A stretch of 42,216 bases of DNA from assembly GCA_001821615.1 (NCBI GenBank), contig MHMS01000025.1, positions 23,314 to 65,529 on the forward strand, written 5' to 3'. Shown piece after piece: positions 29,284 to 37,244 of this stretch (position 1 is the stretch's first letter; every line of letters starts with the position of its first letter). The DNA comes from Candidatus Niyogibacteria bacterium RIFCSPLOWO2_12_FULL_41_13 (GTDB lineage Bacteria; Patescibacteriota; Minisyncoccia; 2-12-FULL-41-13). Under the pieces are notes generated by a model. The model saw nothing but the letters and a program-made list of their open reading frames with translations. It was not told where the DNA came from and made no database searches. The translations under genes were made by a program, and so were the position numbers.

Positions 29284-29411
29284 ATTATCAAACCCTTTTC
29301 CATATCAAGCCAATAGACGCCGATTAGTCCGATTATAAACCCAACTGCGAAAACAATAATTAAAAATAAAACTACTTTTCGCGTGAAAATTTGTTCAAGA
29401 AAATTGGCCAT
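29280..29411 (-). CDS. Unannotated 43-aa single-TM protein
   Basis: MANFLEQIFTRKVVLFLIIVFAVGFIIGLIGVYWLDMEKGLII*; its stop overlaps the next ATG (ATGA); TATAAT 9 nt upstream. Confidence 0.7.
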   Translation of the reverse strand: MANFLEQIFTRKVVLFLIIVFAVGFIIGLIGVYWLDMEKGLII

Positions 29412-29461
29412 CACAAGAGAATTATACAAGAAATTTATAATCATCGGCAAATGTGGATATT

Positions 29462-29592
29462 TTAATATCAGGCGTTGAATCTTAACAAGAGTTTGTCTCG
29501 GACATTCTCTCGGATAAATGTCTAAGACAAATGTCTAAGACAATGTCTGAGACAATGTCTGAAACTATTGAGGTTGAACCTCAATAGTTTGA
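29462..29592. repeat. 131-bp direct repeat B, copy 1 (array of TGTCTnAGACA-like palindromes plus a GAGGTTnAACCTC hairpin)
   Basis: Aligns without gaps to 30165-30295 with 9 mismatches by my count; hairpin aaactattgaggtt-g-aacctcaatagttt at 29562-29590. Confidence 0.95.
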
Positions 29593-29676
29593 GTGGTTTG
29601 TGTTCGTTCAACGCTGAGCCAAACACTTTATCAAAAATGACAAACCCAACATCGAAGATAAAAAGTGGAATAAGTA

Positions 29677-30027
29677 TCATAATTTTCTTTTAGAGGTCTT
29701 TATAGTTATCAGAGCGGCTATTACAACCACAGCAACAAAAATTAAAATTGACACAGTTCCGACTTTCATAGTTGAATCATTTAGCACTTGGTCTTGGTTG
29801 GTTTGCTGAGACTTTAGCGCTTCAATTTCTGATTTTAGTTCGTTATTCTCTTGATACAATTTTGAACTAGATTGCTGTTGTTGAAGAATCTGATTTTGCT
29901 GTTTCAAAAAATAAGCTTGCCTACACGACTGAAATGCTACTGGGTCAGAAGAACGACACCCAGTTTCTAAATCTGTTTGCCATCGTGGGGAGAAATTTAC
30001 GAAATCTCGTTTTTTTATTTCCTCCAT
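29677..30027 (-). CDS. Small Q-rich coiled-coil protein with C-terminal TM anchor
   Basis: 116-aa ORF, C-x10-C pair, LYQENNELKSEIEALK coiled coil, hydrophobic tail followed by KTSKRKL. Confidence 0.7.
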   Translation of the reverse strand: MEEIKKRDFVNFSPRWQTDLETGCRSSDPVAFQSCRQAYFLKQQNQILQQQQSSSKLYQENNELKSEIEALKSQQTNQDQVLNDSTMKVGTVSILIFVAVVVIAALITIKTSKRKL

Positions 30028-30047
30028 ATTGATAGTTTGGTTAATTG

Positions 30048-30076
30048 AGACTATCGAGGTTCAACCTCAATAGTTT
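30048..30076. repeat. REP-like palindrome (GAGGTTnAACCTC core)
   Basis: agactatcgaggtt-c-aacctcaatagttt. Confidence 0.85.
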
Positions 30077-30136
30077 GAATTTTTTGTAAATTGGTTTCAT
30101 AGACCTAATTATAAAAAATATAAAAGGAATAAACAA

Positions 30137-30167
30137 TAATCTGCGGAGGTTTAACCTCCGCAGATTA
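30137..30167. repeat. REP-like perfect palindrome (GAGGTTnAACCTC core, different arms)
   Basis: taatctgcggaggtt-t-aacctccgcagatta, 15-bp perfect arms. Confidence 0.9.
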
Positions 30168-30295
30168 ATGTCAGGCGTTGAATCTTAATAAGAATTTGTC
30201 TCGGACATTCTCTTGGACAAATGTCTAAGATAAATGTCTAAGACAATGTCTAAGACAATGTTTGAAACTATTGAGGTTTAACCTCAATAGTTTGA
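30165..30295. repeat. 131-bp direct repeat B, copy 2
   Basis: Offset 703 bp from copy 1; hairpin at 30265-30293. Confidence 0.95.
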
Positions 30296-30300
30296 TTAAT

Positions 30301-30334
30301 AAAATAAAAACAGGGGCGATAATTGGGCGCCCCT
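30301..30334 (-). terminator. Intrinsic terminator of orphan 30335-30748
   Basis: Stem aggggcg/cgcccct directly after the stop, then GTTTTTATTTT on the minus strand. Confidence 0.7.
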
Positions 30335-30748
30335 TTATTTTCCAAGCTGAATTTTTGCAAGTTGCTGACTTAAAGTATCAGCTATTTCTAAATTATTAAA
30401 CTTTGAGCCAGTTGCCGGAGAATAAATATAAAGACCTTTATTTATCTTCGGTTCTAAAAATGGCAATCCGCGAATAAGAGTAGCGGGCCAGAACGATACC
30501 TTGTGTTCGCTTACCATTGCTAAGCAATCAGGGCTGAATTGGTAAATTTCAACTTGGTAAATTTCAACTCGGACGCTTTTTCTGACATCAAGATGCGGTG
30601 TAGGCAAACCCCTTGTTGTTTTTTTGGTCTGTTGCAAAATTTCTAAATAAGCCGCTTTTTGTTTTTCGAATTCGTCCCAGAAAATATACCAATACACATC
30701 CCAAAATCTATCGATGATTTTTTTGCGCATCGGGTTTTCTTGGCTCAT
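30335..30748 (-). CDS. Hypothetical protein (137 aa)
   Basis: SD-like GAAAGGGG; downstream terminator; internal VEIYQ duplication. Confidence 0.65.
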   Translation of the reverse strand: MSQENPMRKKIIDRFWDVYWYIFWDEFEKQKAAYLEILQQTKKTTRGLPTPHLDVRKSVRVEIYQVEIYQFSPDCLAMVSEHKVSFWPATLIRGLPFLEPKINKGLYIYSPATGSKFNNLEIADTLSQQLAKIQLGK

Positions 30749-30826
30749 TTTAACCCCTTTCTTTAAAAAGACCTGTTTATTTTCTATCTAAAACTTATCA
30801 AAATCAACAATTTTTGCAAGAATCGG

Positions 30827-30864
30827 CAACTATTCCAATATTCTTAAGAATATTGGAATAGTTG
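30827..30864. repeat. Perfect 38-bp palindrome with no loop
   Basis: caactattccaatattctt|aagaatattggaatagttg. Confidence 0.95.
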
Positions 30865-30942
30865 TTTTCAAAAATATTTTTTTTGTGATAATGTTAGGTT
30901 GGATTTGTATTTGCGGAATTTGCCGGAAAGGAGGTTCTATAG

Positions 30943-31308
30943 ATGCGTCCCAAAGAATTATTAGGCGTTCCTTTTATTTTATCAGAAGAAATTTTTTCTT
31001 TATTCCTGGATTCTTTGGACGGATTTAGGGAAAAAGGGAATTTCCACTTGTGTCCGTTTTGCCAAGAAAATACCATGATTAAAATCCATGAGATTCATCC
31101 ATTTTATCGATGTCCGATTGGCCATCCTGAATTGAAATTATTTTTCCCCGGAACGATAGAATTAAGAAAAAAACATGAAGGGTTGGGATTTTTTTGTTTC
31201 TGCTATTATTCAACCAAGGAAGAATTTCTTGAATTGATGGAAAAAGAGCGTTCCGGCGATTTTAAATATCAGTCAAACGCTCACTATATTTGCCTTGACA
31301 AGATTTAA
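30943..31308 (+). CDS. Small Cys/His-rich, putative zinc-binding protein (121 aa)
   Basis: SD GAAAGGAGG; CPFC ... CPIGH ... CFC ... HYIC. Confidence 0.7.
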   Translation: MRPKELLGVPFILSEEIFSLFLDSLDGFREKGNFHLCPFCQENTMIKIHEIHPFYRCPIGHPELKLFFPGTIELRKKHEGLGFFCFCYYSTKEEFLELMEKERSGDFKYQSNAHYICLDKI

Positions 31309-31330
31309 ATCAAATCAAGGCGTTTTTTTT
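31292..31330 (+). terminator. Intrinsic terminator
   Basis: gccttga...tcaaggc followed by g and T8. Confidence 0.55.
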
Positions 31331-31376
31331 GCAAAAAAACAGGGAAGTTTTTTGCTTCTTTAATTTAGAAAATAAT

Positions 31377-32246
31377 TCAACGGAATAATTTTTTGAGTTC
31401 CAATAATAGCGGGGCGGCTAAAAAAATTGACGAATAGGTGCCCAACACTATTCCCAAAACCAAAGTCAAAACAAAAAATTTAATCGTTTCTCCGCCAAGG
31501 ATGATAATCGGAGTTATTACCAAGAGCGTGCCCATGCCGGTGTTGAGCGACCTTATATAGGTTTGTCTTAAACTTTCCCCGATGATATTTGAAAATTCTT
31601 CCCTGCTGGATTTCATCAGATTTTCTCTAATTCTGTCAAAAATGATGATTCGGTCGTTGATTGAGTAGCCGATAACCGCGAGAATGGCGGCGATAAAAGG
31701 AAGCCCCACTTCAACTTGATGATACCTTCCAAGATAAGCGAATACTCCCAAGACAACAATGATGTCAAAAATTAGAGTGATGATTGTGATAAAACCATAA
31801 CTCCAGGAAGTGAAAATATAAGAAATCTGGCGAAAAGCGATTGCCATATAGATAATCATCAAGACAAGAGAAATTATTATCGCAAGCGCCGCTTTGTTTT
31901 TAAGCTCTTTTCCGATGACCGGGCCGATTGAATCAAATCTTAGTTCTTCTTTCGGGTTTAAATTTTTGACGATTTCTTCGTGGGCGTTCTGGTCAATGTC
32001 CTTGAAGCGAAGAATATAAGTCGCGTTTTCGCTTTTTTTGATTTCAACTTCCCCCAAATTGAAATTTTTTAACTTTTCCCGGATTTCGTTTTCTTGGATT
32101 TCTGAATCAAATTTAATTTCCATTAAACTGCCTCCGGTAAAATCTATCGCCGGACGCACGCCGTAGTTTATAAAGAAAAACAAGGCGGCGATAAAGGTAA
32201 GGCCGGAAAAGATGTAAAATATTTTTCTGTAATTGACCACAAACAT
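31377..32246 (-). CDS. secF: Protein translocase subunit SecF
   Basis: IDFTGGS, SIGPVIGKEL, IGYSINDRIIIFDRIRE, GTYSSIFLA. Confidence 0.97.
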   Translation of the reverse strand: MFVVNYRKIFYIFSGLTFIAALFFFINYGVRPAIDFTGGSLMEIKFDSEIQENEIREKLKNFNLGEVEIKKSENATYILRFKDIDQNAHEEIVKNLNPKEELRFDSIGPVIGKELKNKAALAIIISLVLMIIYMAIAFRQISYIFTSWSYGFITIITLIFDIIVVLGVFAYLGRYHQVEVGLPFIAAILAVIGYSINDRIIIFDRIRENLMKSSREEFSNIIGESLRQTYIRSLNTGMGTLLVITPIIILGGETIKFFVLTLVLGIVLGTYSSIFLAAPLLLELKKLFR

Positions 32247-32250
32247 AATT

Positions 32251-33546
32251 TTATCTGTTTAAAGCGCGAAGATAAATTTTCGTAAGCCAGACCCCGCTTA
32301 ACATGCTCGTTGCCACCCCGATTATTAAAGTCAAGGCAAATCCCTTAATGGCGCTTGTGCCAAGCCAAAACAGCACTATCCCGATAAAAATGGTTGTAAG
32401 GTTGCTGTCAAAAATAGCGTTCCACGCCCGTTTGAATCCGTCTTCAACCGCGATTGTTTTTGTTTTGCCGGCCTTTAATTCTTCTTTGGTTCTTTCAAAA
32501 ATCAAAACATTAGCGTCAAGGGCCATTCCCAAAGACATTAAAAATCCAATCAATCCGGCAAGCGTCAGAGTGACGGGAATGAGTTTAAAGAGCAAAAGCG
32601 TGAAGCCGAAATAAAATAAAAGCGCGAAGAGAGCGATTAATCCGAGGAGCCGGTAGTATGCCAGGAAATACAAAGATAAAAGCGAAAGGCCGATTAATCC
32701 CGCTTTAATTGAATCATTGATTGAATCTTGGCCGAGCGTCGGTCCAACCCTTTCTTGACTTACGAGTTTTATTGGAATCGGAAGGGCGCCGGAATTTAGC
32801 CGTTGGACGAGAAGTTTAGCTTCTTTTGGCGTGAATTTTCCCGTAATTTGGGCTTTGCCGCCGATTATTTCTTCGCGCACAACCGGAACGCTTATTGGAA
32901 CTCCATCCAGATAAATCGCAACCGGTTTTCCGACATTTTCTTTTGTTATTTTTGCGAAAATTTCCTTGCCGGTTTCGTCAAATTCCAAAGAAATAATCGG
33001 TTCAAAAGTCGTCTCATCAAATTGCAGAGTTGATTTTTTCAAAAATCGGCCGGTTAGCGCCGCGCTTATGAAATACGGGTCTTCGTTTAATCTCTGGTTT
33101 TGTTTTTGCGATTCTAAAATTATTTTTGTTTCTTCTTCGGTTCTTTGGGTTTTGAATTCAAGATAAGGTGTCTCACCGATCATTTTTATCGCTTCGTCAA
33201 TATTATAGACGCCGGCAAGCTCAACAATCAGCCGCCGTTCTTTGTCTTTTTTCTGGACCTGGACAATCGGTTCGCGCACGCCGAACAAATTAACTCTTCT
33301 TTCGATGACATCTCGCAGTCCGCTCATCGCCGAGTCAATTTCTCTTCCTTTTACAACGGATAAATCCGCTTGATAGATCAGATGGCTTCCGCCTTGCAAA
33401 TCAAGCCCGAGTTTGAAAGGAAATTTGGCGAATTTGCCCGCCAAAAATTGGTTTTTTAACAAAAATGGAGAAAGATGAAAATAAAGAAGAAAAACGGTCA
33501 ACAACAGAAAAGCGGCTGATAGAAAATAGTATTTTCTTTTTGGCAT
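32251..33546 (-). CDS. secD: Protein translocase subunit SecD
   Basis: LGLDLQGG, RRVNLFGVREP, SGALPIP, VGPTLG, GMALDANVLIFER; start set to ATG 33546. Confidence 0.97.
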   Translation of the reverse strand: MPKRKYYFLSAAFLLLTVFLLYFHLSPFLLKNQFLAGKFAKFPFKLGLDLQGGSHLIYQADLSVVKGREIDSAMSGLRDVIERRVNLFGVREPIVQVQKKDKERRLIVELAGVYNIDEAIKMIGETPYLEFKTQRTEEETKIILESQKQNQRLNEDPYFISAALTGRFLKKSTLQFDETTFEPIISLEFDETGKEIFAKITKENVGKPVAIYLDGVPISVPVVREEIIGGKAQITGKFTPKEAKLLVQRLNSGALPIPIKLVSQERVGPTLGQDSINDSIKAGLIGLSLLSLYFLAYYRLLGLIALFALLFYFGFTLLLFKLIPVTLTLAGLIGFLMSLGMALDANVLIFERTKEELKAGKTKTIAVEDGFKRAWNAIFDSNLTTIFIGIVLFWLGTSAIKGFALTLIIGVATSMLSGVWLTKIYLRALNR

Positions 33547-33631
33547 AAGGCGAAAAATTGGATATTCGCAATATATCATAAAAACCAAAAAGTTTCAAAA
33601 TTTTCAAGATTTGTGATAAATTATTCAAATC

Positions 33632-34933
33632 GTGATAGCGCGATTTTTGAAGGACAAATTTTTTCAGAACAGTTTTATTTATGTAAGCGGCACTCTTTTT
33701 GCCGGTTCGCTCGGATATCTTTTTCATTTTTTGATTTCCAGAAAGCTTTCAGTGGCGGAATACGGCGAACTTCAGGGTCTTTTGGCTCTTCTGGGCATTG
33801 TCGGAGTCTTTTCTTCGTCTCTTTCTTATTTTGTCATTAAGTATTCGTCGGCTTTCGCGAAGCAAAACGATTTTGGCGCCACCCGGGCGTTCATTGAATG
33901 GGTGAATTCCCAAATTCACAAATTAGTTATCGCTTTTTTGGTTTTGTTCGTTTTAGCAAGCCCGTTTATTCACAATTATCTCAAACTTTCCGATTTTGTC
34001 GGCATCATTGCCGTCGGCTTTGCGATTGTTTTTGGCATTTTAACGACTGTTTACGCCGCCGCTTTCGCCGGCTGGCAGGATTTTTTGCTTGTCAATGTCA
34101 TTGGCGCTTTCGGTTCTCTTTTAAAACTGTTTTTCGGCTTGCTTATCGCGATTTTTTTGGCAAAAGCGTCGTTCGTGATTTTTTCCGTTTTTATCGCCGC
34201 CGCGGGCGGATGGTTTTTGGCGAGGTTTTTCGCTAAAAAAAAATTTTTCAAAGGACCGGCGGAAAAAATTGATTGGAAAGAAAAATATTTTCCGGATTTA
34301 AAAATCAGAGAAATAGTTTTTCCGATTTTTATTTTTTCATTGATGATTGCCTTATTGAGCGACCTTGATGTGCTTCTTGTCAAAAATCTGACCTCGCCGG
34401 AAATTACGGGTTATTTCGGCGCTCTTAAAATTTTAGGAAAAATAATTTTATGGATTAATTTGGCGATTGTGGCCGTGGTTTTACCGGAGGCCTGCGCCGA
34501 AGGACATGCGGGGCAAAATATAAGTTTGAAAAAATTATTAGGCGCTTACGGATTAATTGTTTTTACGAGCGCGTGCGCCACTTTGATTTATTTTTTCTTT
34601 CCGGAATTCACAATCAAGCTTTTCTTTGGAGCCAAATACGCGGTTTTCGGGCCGGACCTGTGGCTCTTCGGAATTATAGCGCTGATTCTTTCTTTATTAA
34701 TGTTTGAGGCGAATATCGCTTACGCCCGCCATGATTTTAAAATTTCTTACATTCTCGGATTTTCAGCCTTACTGATGACAATCTTTATATATTTATTTCA
34801 CGAAACGATTCGCCAGACGGCGCTCGGCATTATTTTCGCGGTTTTTATCGGCTATTTTTTCGCCCTTATTTTGAATTTGATTCACAGAAAAAGAGAAGAA
34901 GTTGACAGATTTGTCGCCCTTGATATTCCGTAA
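33632..34933 (+). CDS. Oligosaccharide flippase (Wzx-like)
   Basis: About 12 TM segments, SRKLSVAEYG, LDVLLVKNL..ITGYF. Confidence 0.88.
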   Translation: MIARFLKDKFFQNSFIYVSGTLFAGSLGYLFHFLISRKLSVAEYGELQGLLALLGIVGVFSSSLSYFVIKYSSAFAKQNDFGATRAFIEWVNSQIHKLVIAFLVLFVLASPFIHNYLKLSDFVGIIAVGFAIVFGILTTVYAAAFAGWQDFLLVNVIGAFGSLLKLFFGLLIAIFLAKASFVIFSVFIAAAGGWFLARFFAKKKFFKGPAEKIDWKEKYFPDLKIREIVFPIFIFSLMIALLSDLDVLLVKNLTSPEITGYFGALKILGKIILWINLAIVAVVLPEACAEGHAGQNISLKKLLGAYGLIVFTSACATLIYFFFPEFTIKLFFGAKYAVFGPDLWLFGIIALILSLLMFEANIAYARHDFKISYILGFSALLMTIFIYLFHETIRQTALGIIFAVFIGYFFALILNLIHRKREEVDRFVALDIP

Positions 34934-34959
34934 ATAAAAGTTTATAAAGTTGTAAAGTT

Positions 34960-35937
34960 ATGGCAAAAGGAAAAAAATTAATTTCCGTGATAATACCGGT
35001 TTATAATGAAGAAAAAAACATTCTTTTGATTTATAACGAGATTAAAAAAGTTTGGGAAAATTTAGCGGAAAATTACGATTACGAGCTGATTTTTGTCAAT
35101 GATTGCAGTCAAGATAAAAGCGGAGAGGAGATAGAAAAAATCGCGGAGGGCGATAAACAAGTGAAGCATTTGGAATTTTCGCGGAATTTCGGAAAAGAAA
35201 TCGCCACTTCGGCCGGATTGCATCACGCGCTTGGCGAGGCGGCGATTATGATTGACGCCGACCTTCAGCATCCCTCGGAATTTATTCCCGAATTCGTTGA
35301 AAAATGGGAAAACGGCGCTCCGGTGGTCGTAGGCATAAGGGAAAAAAATAAAGGAGAAGAATTGTTTAAACGAATCGGCTCGGCGTTGTTTTATAGAATA
35401 ATGAATCTTATCGGCGAAACTCAAATTATTCCCAACGCCACCGATTTCAGATTGCTTGACAGAAAAGTCATTGAAGAATTTAAAAAATTCACGGAAAGAA
35501 ACAGGATTACAAGAGCGCTTGTGGATTGGCTCGGATTTGAAATAGCGCGCGTTTATTTCCGCGCCAACGAAAGAAAATCGGGAAAAGCGGGATACAACTA
35601 TTTAAAATTGATTAAACTCGCGCTTTCGTCTTTTGTTTCCCATAGCTTATTTCCGCTGAAATTAGCCGGCTATCTCGGAATTTTTATTACCGTTTTTTCA
35701 ACATTTCTGGGATTATTTGTTATAATTGAACAAATTATTTTAAAAGACCCTCTTGGCGTAAGGTTTTCCGGCACAGCCATGCTTGCGGTGATGATTTTGT
35801 TTTTAGTCGGCGTTATGTTAAGTTCGCTTGGTTTAATCGCCCTGTATATTGCTCATATTCACGACGAAGTGATTAACCGGCCGATGTATGTCATTAAAAA
35901 TCAAAAATCAAAAATAAAAAATCAAAATTATGATTAA
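34960..35937 (+). CDS. GT2 polyprenol-phosphate glycosyltransferase (GtrB/DPM-like)
   Basis: SVIIPVYNEE, VNDCSQD, SRNFGKE, DADLQHP, DFRLLDR, two C-terminal TM helices, RPMY. Confidence 0.93.
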   Translation: MAKGKKLISVIIPVYNEEKNILLIYNEIKKVWENLAENYDYELIFVNDCSQDKSGEEIEKIAEGDKQVKHLEFSRNFGKEIATSAGLHHALGEAAIMIDADLQHPSEFIPEFVEKWENGAPVVVGIREKNKGEELFKRIGSALFYRIMNLIGETQIIPNATDFRLLDRKVIEEFKKFTERNRITRALVDWLGFEIARVYFRANERKSGKAGYNYLKLIKLALSSFVSHSLFPLKLAGYLGIFITVFSTFLGLFVIIEQIILKDPLGVRFSGTAMLAVMILFLVGVMLSSLGLIALYIAHIHDEVINRPMYVIKNQKSKIKNQNYD

Positions 35938-36157
35938 AATTATTCACAAAAAGAAAGAATGCATCAGTTGCGGAAGTTGCGCCGTTCTTTGTCCGCAATA
36001 CTTTGAAATGGGAGGGGATAATTTCGCGGAATTAAAAGGAAGCAGATTAAACGGCGCGACCGGAAACCAAGAACTCGAAATTTCGGAAAAAACAAAAGAA
36101 CTTGAGGACGCCGCGCAAAGCTGTCCGGTTCAGATTATTATTTTGGAAGAGAAGTGA
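35930..36157 (+). CDS. Single-cluster ferredoxin
   Basis: CISCGSCAVLCP ... AAQSCPVQII. Confidence 0.92.
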   Translation: MIKIIHKKKECISCGSCAVLCPQYFEMGGDNFAELKGSRLNGATGNQELEISEKTKELEDAAQSCPVQIIILEEK

Positions 36158-36164
36158 TTTTTAT

Positions 36165-36305
36165 GCCCAGTAAGACAAAATCAAATGCTAAATCTAATTT
36201 CTTGCCGAGCATAAACATGTATTATTGCCAAATCATATTTAAACATAATAGTCGGATGTTTATTTGCGGATTTAGCAAGAAATATTCGATTTAGTCTTAC
36301 TGGGT
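36165..36305. mobile_element. MITE-like long-hairpin element (GCCCAGTAAGAC TIR) at a start codon
   Basis: gcccagtaagacaaaatc / gatttagtcttactgggt; nested arms tgctaaatc/gatttagca, ataaacat/atgtttat, tattat/ataata; flanked by AT..AT; removal restores ttttATGCCAAAA. Confidence 0.8.
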
Positions 36306-37244
36306 ATGCCAAAAAGAATTTTAGTTACGGGTGGGGCCGGTTTTATCGGCTCGCATTTATGCGAAAGATTGTTGAGCGAAGACAATGAAGTTTTATGTTT
36401 GGATAATTTTTATACAGGAGCGAAAAGAAATATTGAAGAGTTGATGGACAGCAAAAAATTTGAATTGATTCGCCACGATATCACCCTGCCGATTTTGCTT
36501 GAAGTTGACCAGATTTATAACTTAGCTTGTCCGGCCTCGCCGGTTCATTATCAATATAATCCGGTAAAGACGATTAAAACCAATGTTATCGGCGCTTTGA
36601 ATATGCTGGGGCTCGCGAAAAGAGTCAAGGCAAAGATTTTACAAGCGTCAACTTCGGAAGTTTACGGAGACCCGGAAGAGCATCCTCAAAAAGAGAGCTA
36701 TTGGGGACGGGTTAATCCGGTCGGAATCAGGAGTTGTTACGACGAGGGCAAACGTTGCGCCGAAACGCTTTGTATGGATTTTCATCGGCAAAATAAAGTT
36801 GATGTCCGAATTGTCAGAATTTTTAACACCTACGGGCCGAATATGAATCAAAACGACGGCCGGGTTGTGTCTAATTTTATAGTTCAGGCGCTGAAGAATC
36901 AGCCGCTCGCGGTTTATGGCAATGGCAATCAGACAAGGTCATTTCAGTATATTGATGATTTAATTGAGGGAATGATAAGAATGATGGAAAATGAAAGTGG
37001 TTTTATCGGGCCGGTAAATCTCGGCAATCCTGACGAATTTTCTATAAAAGAACTCGCCGAGAAAATATTAAAATTAATTCCTGAAAGCGAAAGCAAAATT
37101 ATTTATAAGCCGCTTCCGCAGGACGACCCAAAGCAAAGACAGCCGGATATAACTTTAGCCAAACAAATGCTTGATTGGGAGCCAAAAATCAAGCTTGAAG
37201 AAGGCCTTAAAAAAACAGTAGAGTATTTCAGGAAAATTTTATGA
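36306..37244 (+). CDS. UDP-glucuronate decarboxylase (UDP-xylose synthase)
   Basis: [58 protein letters not shown]. Confidence 0.93.
   Translation: MPKRILVTGGAGFIGSHLCERLLSEDNEVLCLDNFYTGAKRNIEELMDSKKFELIRHDITLPILLEVDQIYNLACPASPVHYQYNPVKTIKTNVIGALNMLGLAKRVKAKILQASTSEVYGDPEEHPQKESYWGRVNPVGIRSCYDEGKRCAETLCMDFHRQNKVDVRIVRIFNTYGPNMNQNDGRVVSNFIVQALKNQPLAVYGNGNQTRSFQYIDDLIEGMIRMMENESGFIGPVNLGNPDEFSIKELAEKILKLIPESESKIIYKPLPQDDPKQRQPDITLAKQMLDWEPKIKLEEGLKKTVEYFRKIL

Noticed and set aside
29490-29565. CRISPR array (also considered for 7159-7199)
   Set aside because: Units are 10-12 bp and contiguous, with no unique spacers and no cas genes.
30039-30098. Minus-strand micro-ORF MKPIYKKFKLLRLNLDSLN
   Set aside because: Mostly encoded by the palindrome; no supporting signals.
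29562-30293. Integron attC sites
   Set aside because: Hairpins are ~30 bp and nearly perfect, lacking R/L box organisation and extrahelical bases; no IntI.
29462-30295. Diversity-generating retroelement TR/VR pair
   Set aside because: Mismatches are mixed transitions in both directions, not adenine-specific; neither copy lies in a gene 3' end; no reverse transcriptase in the window.
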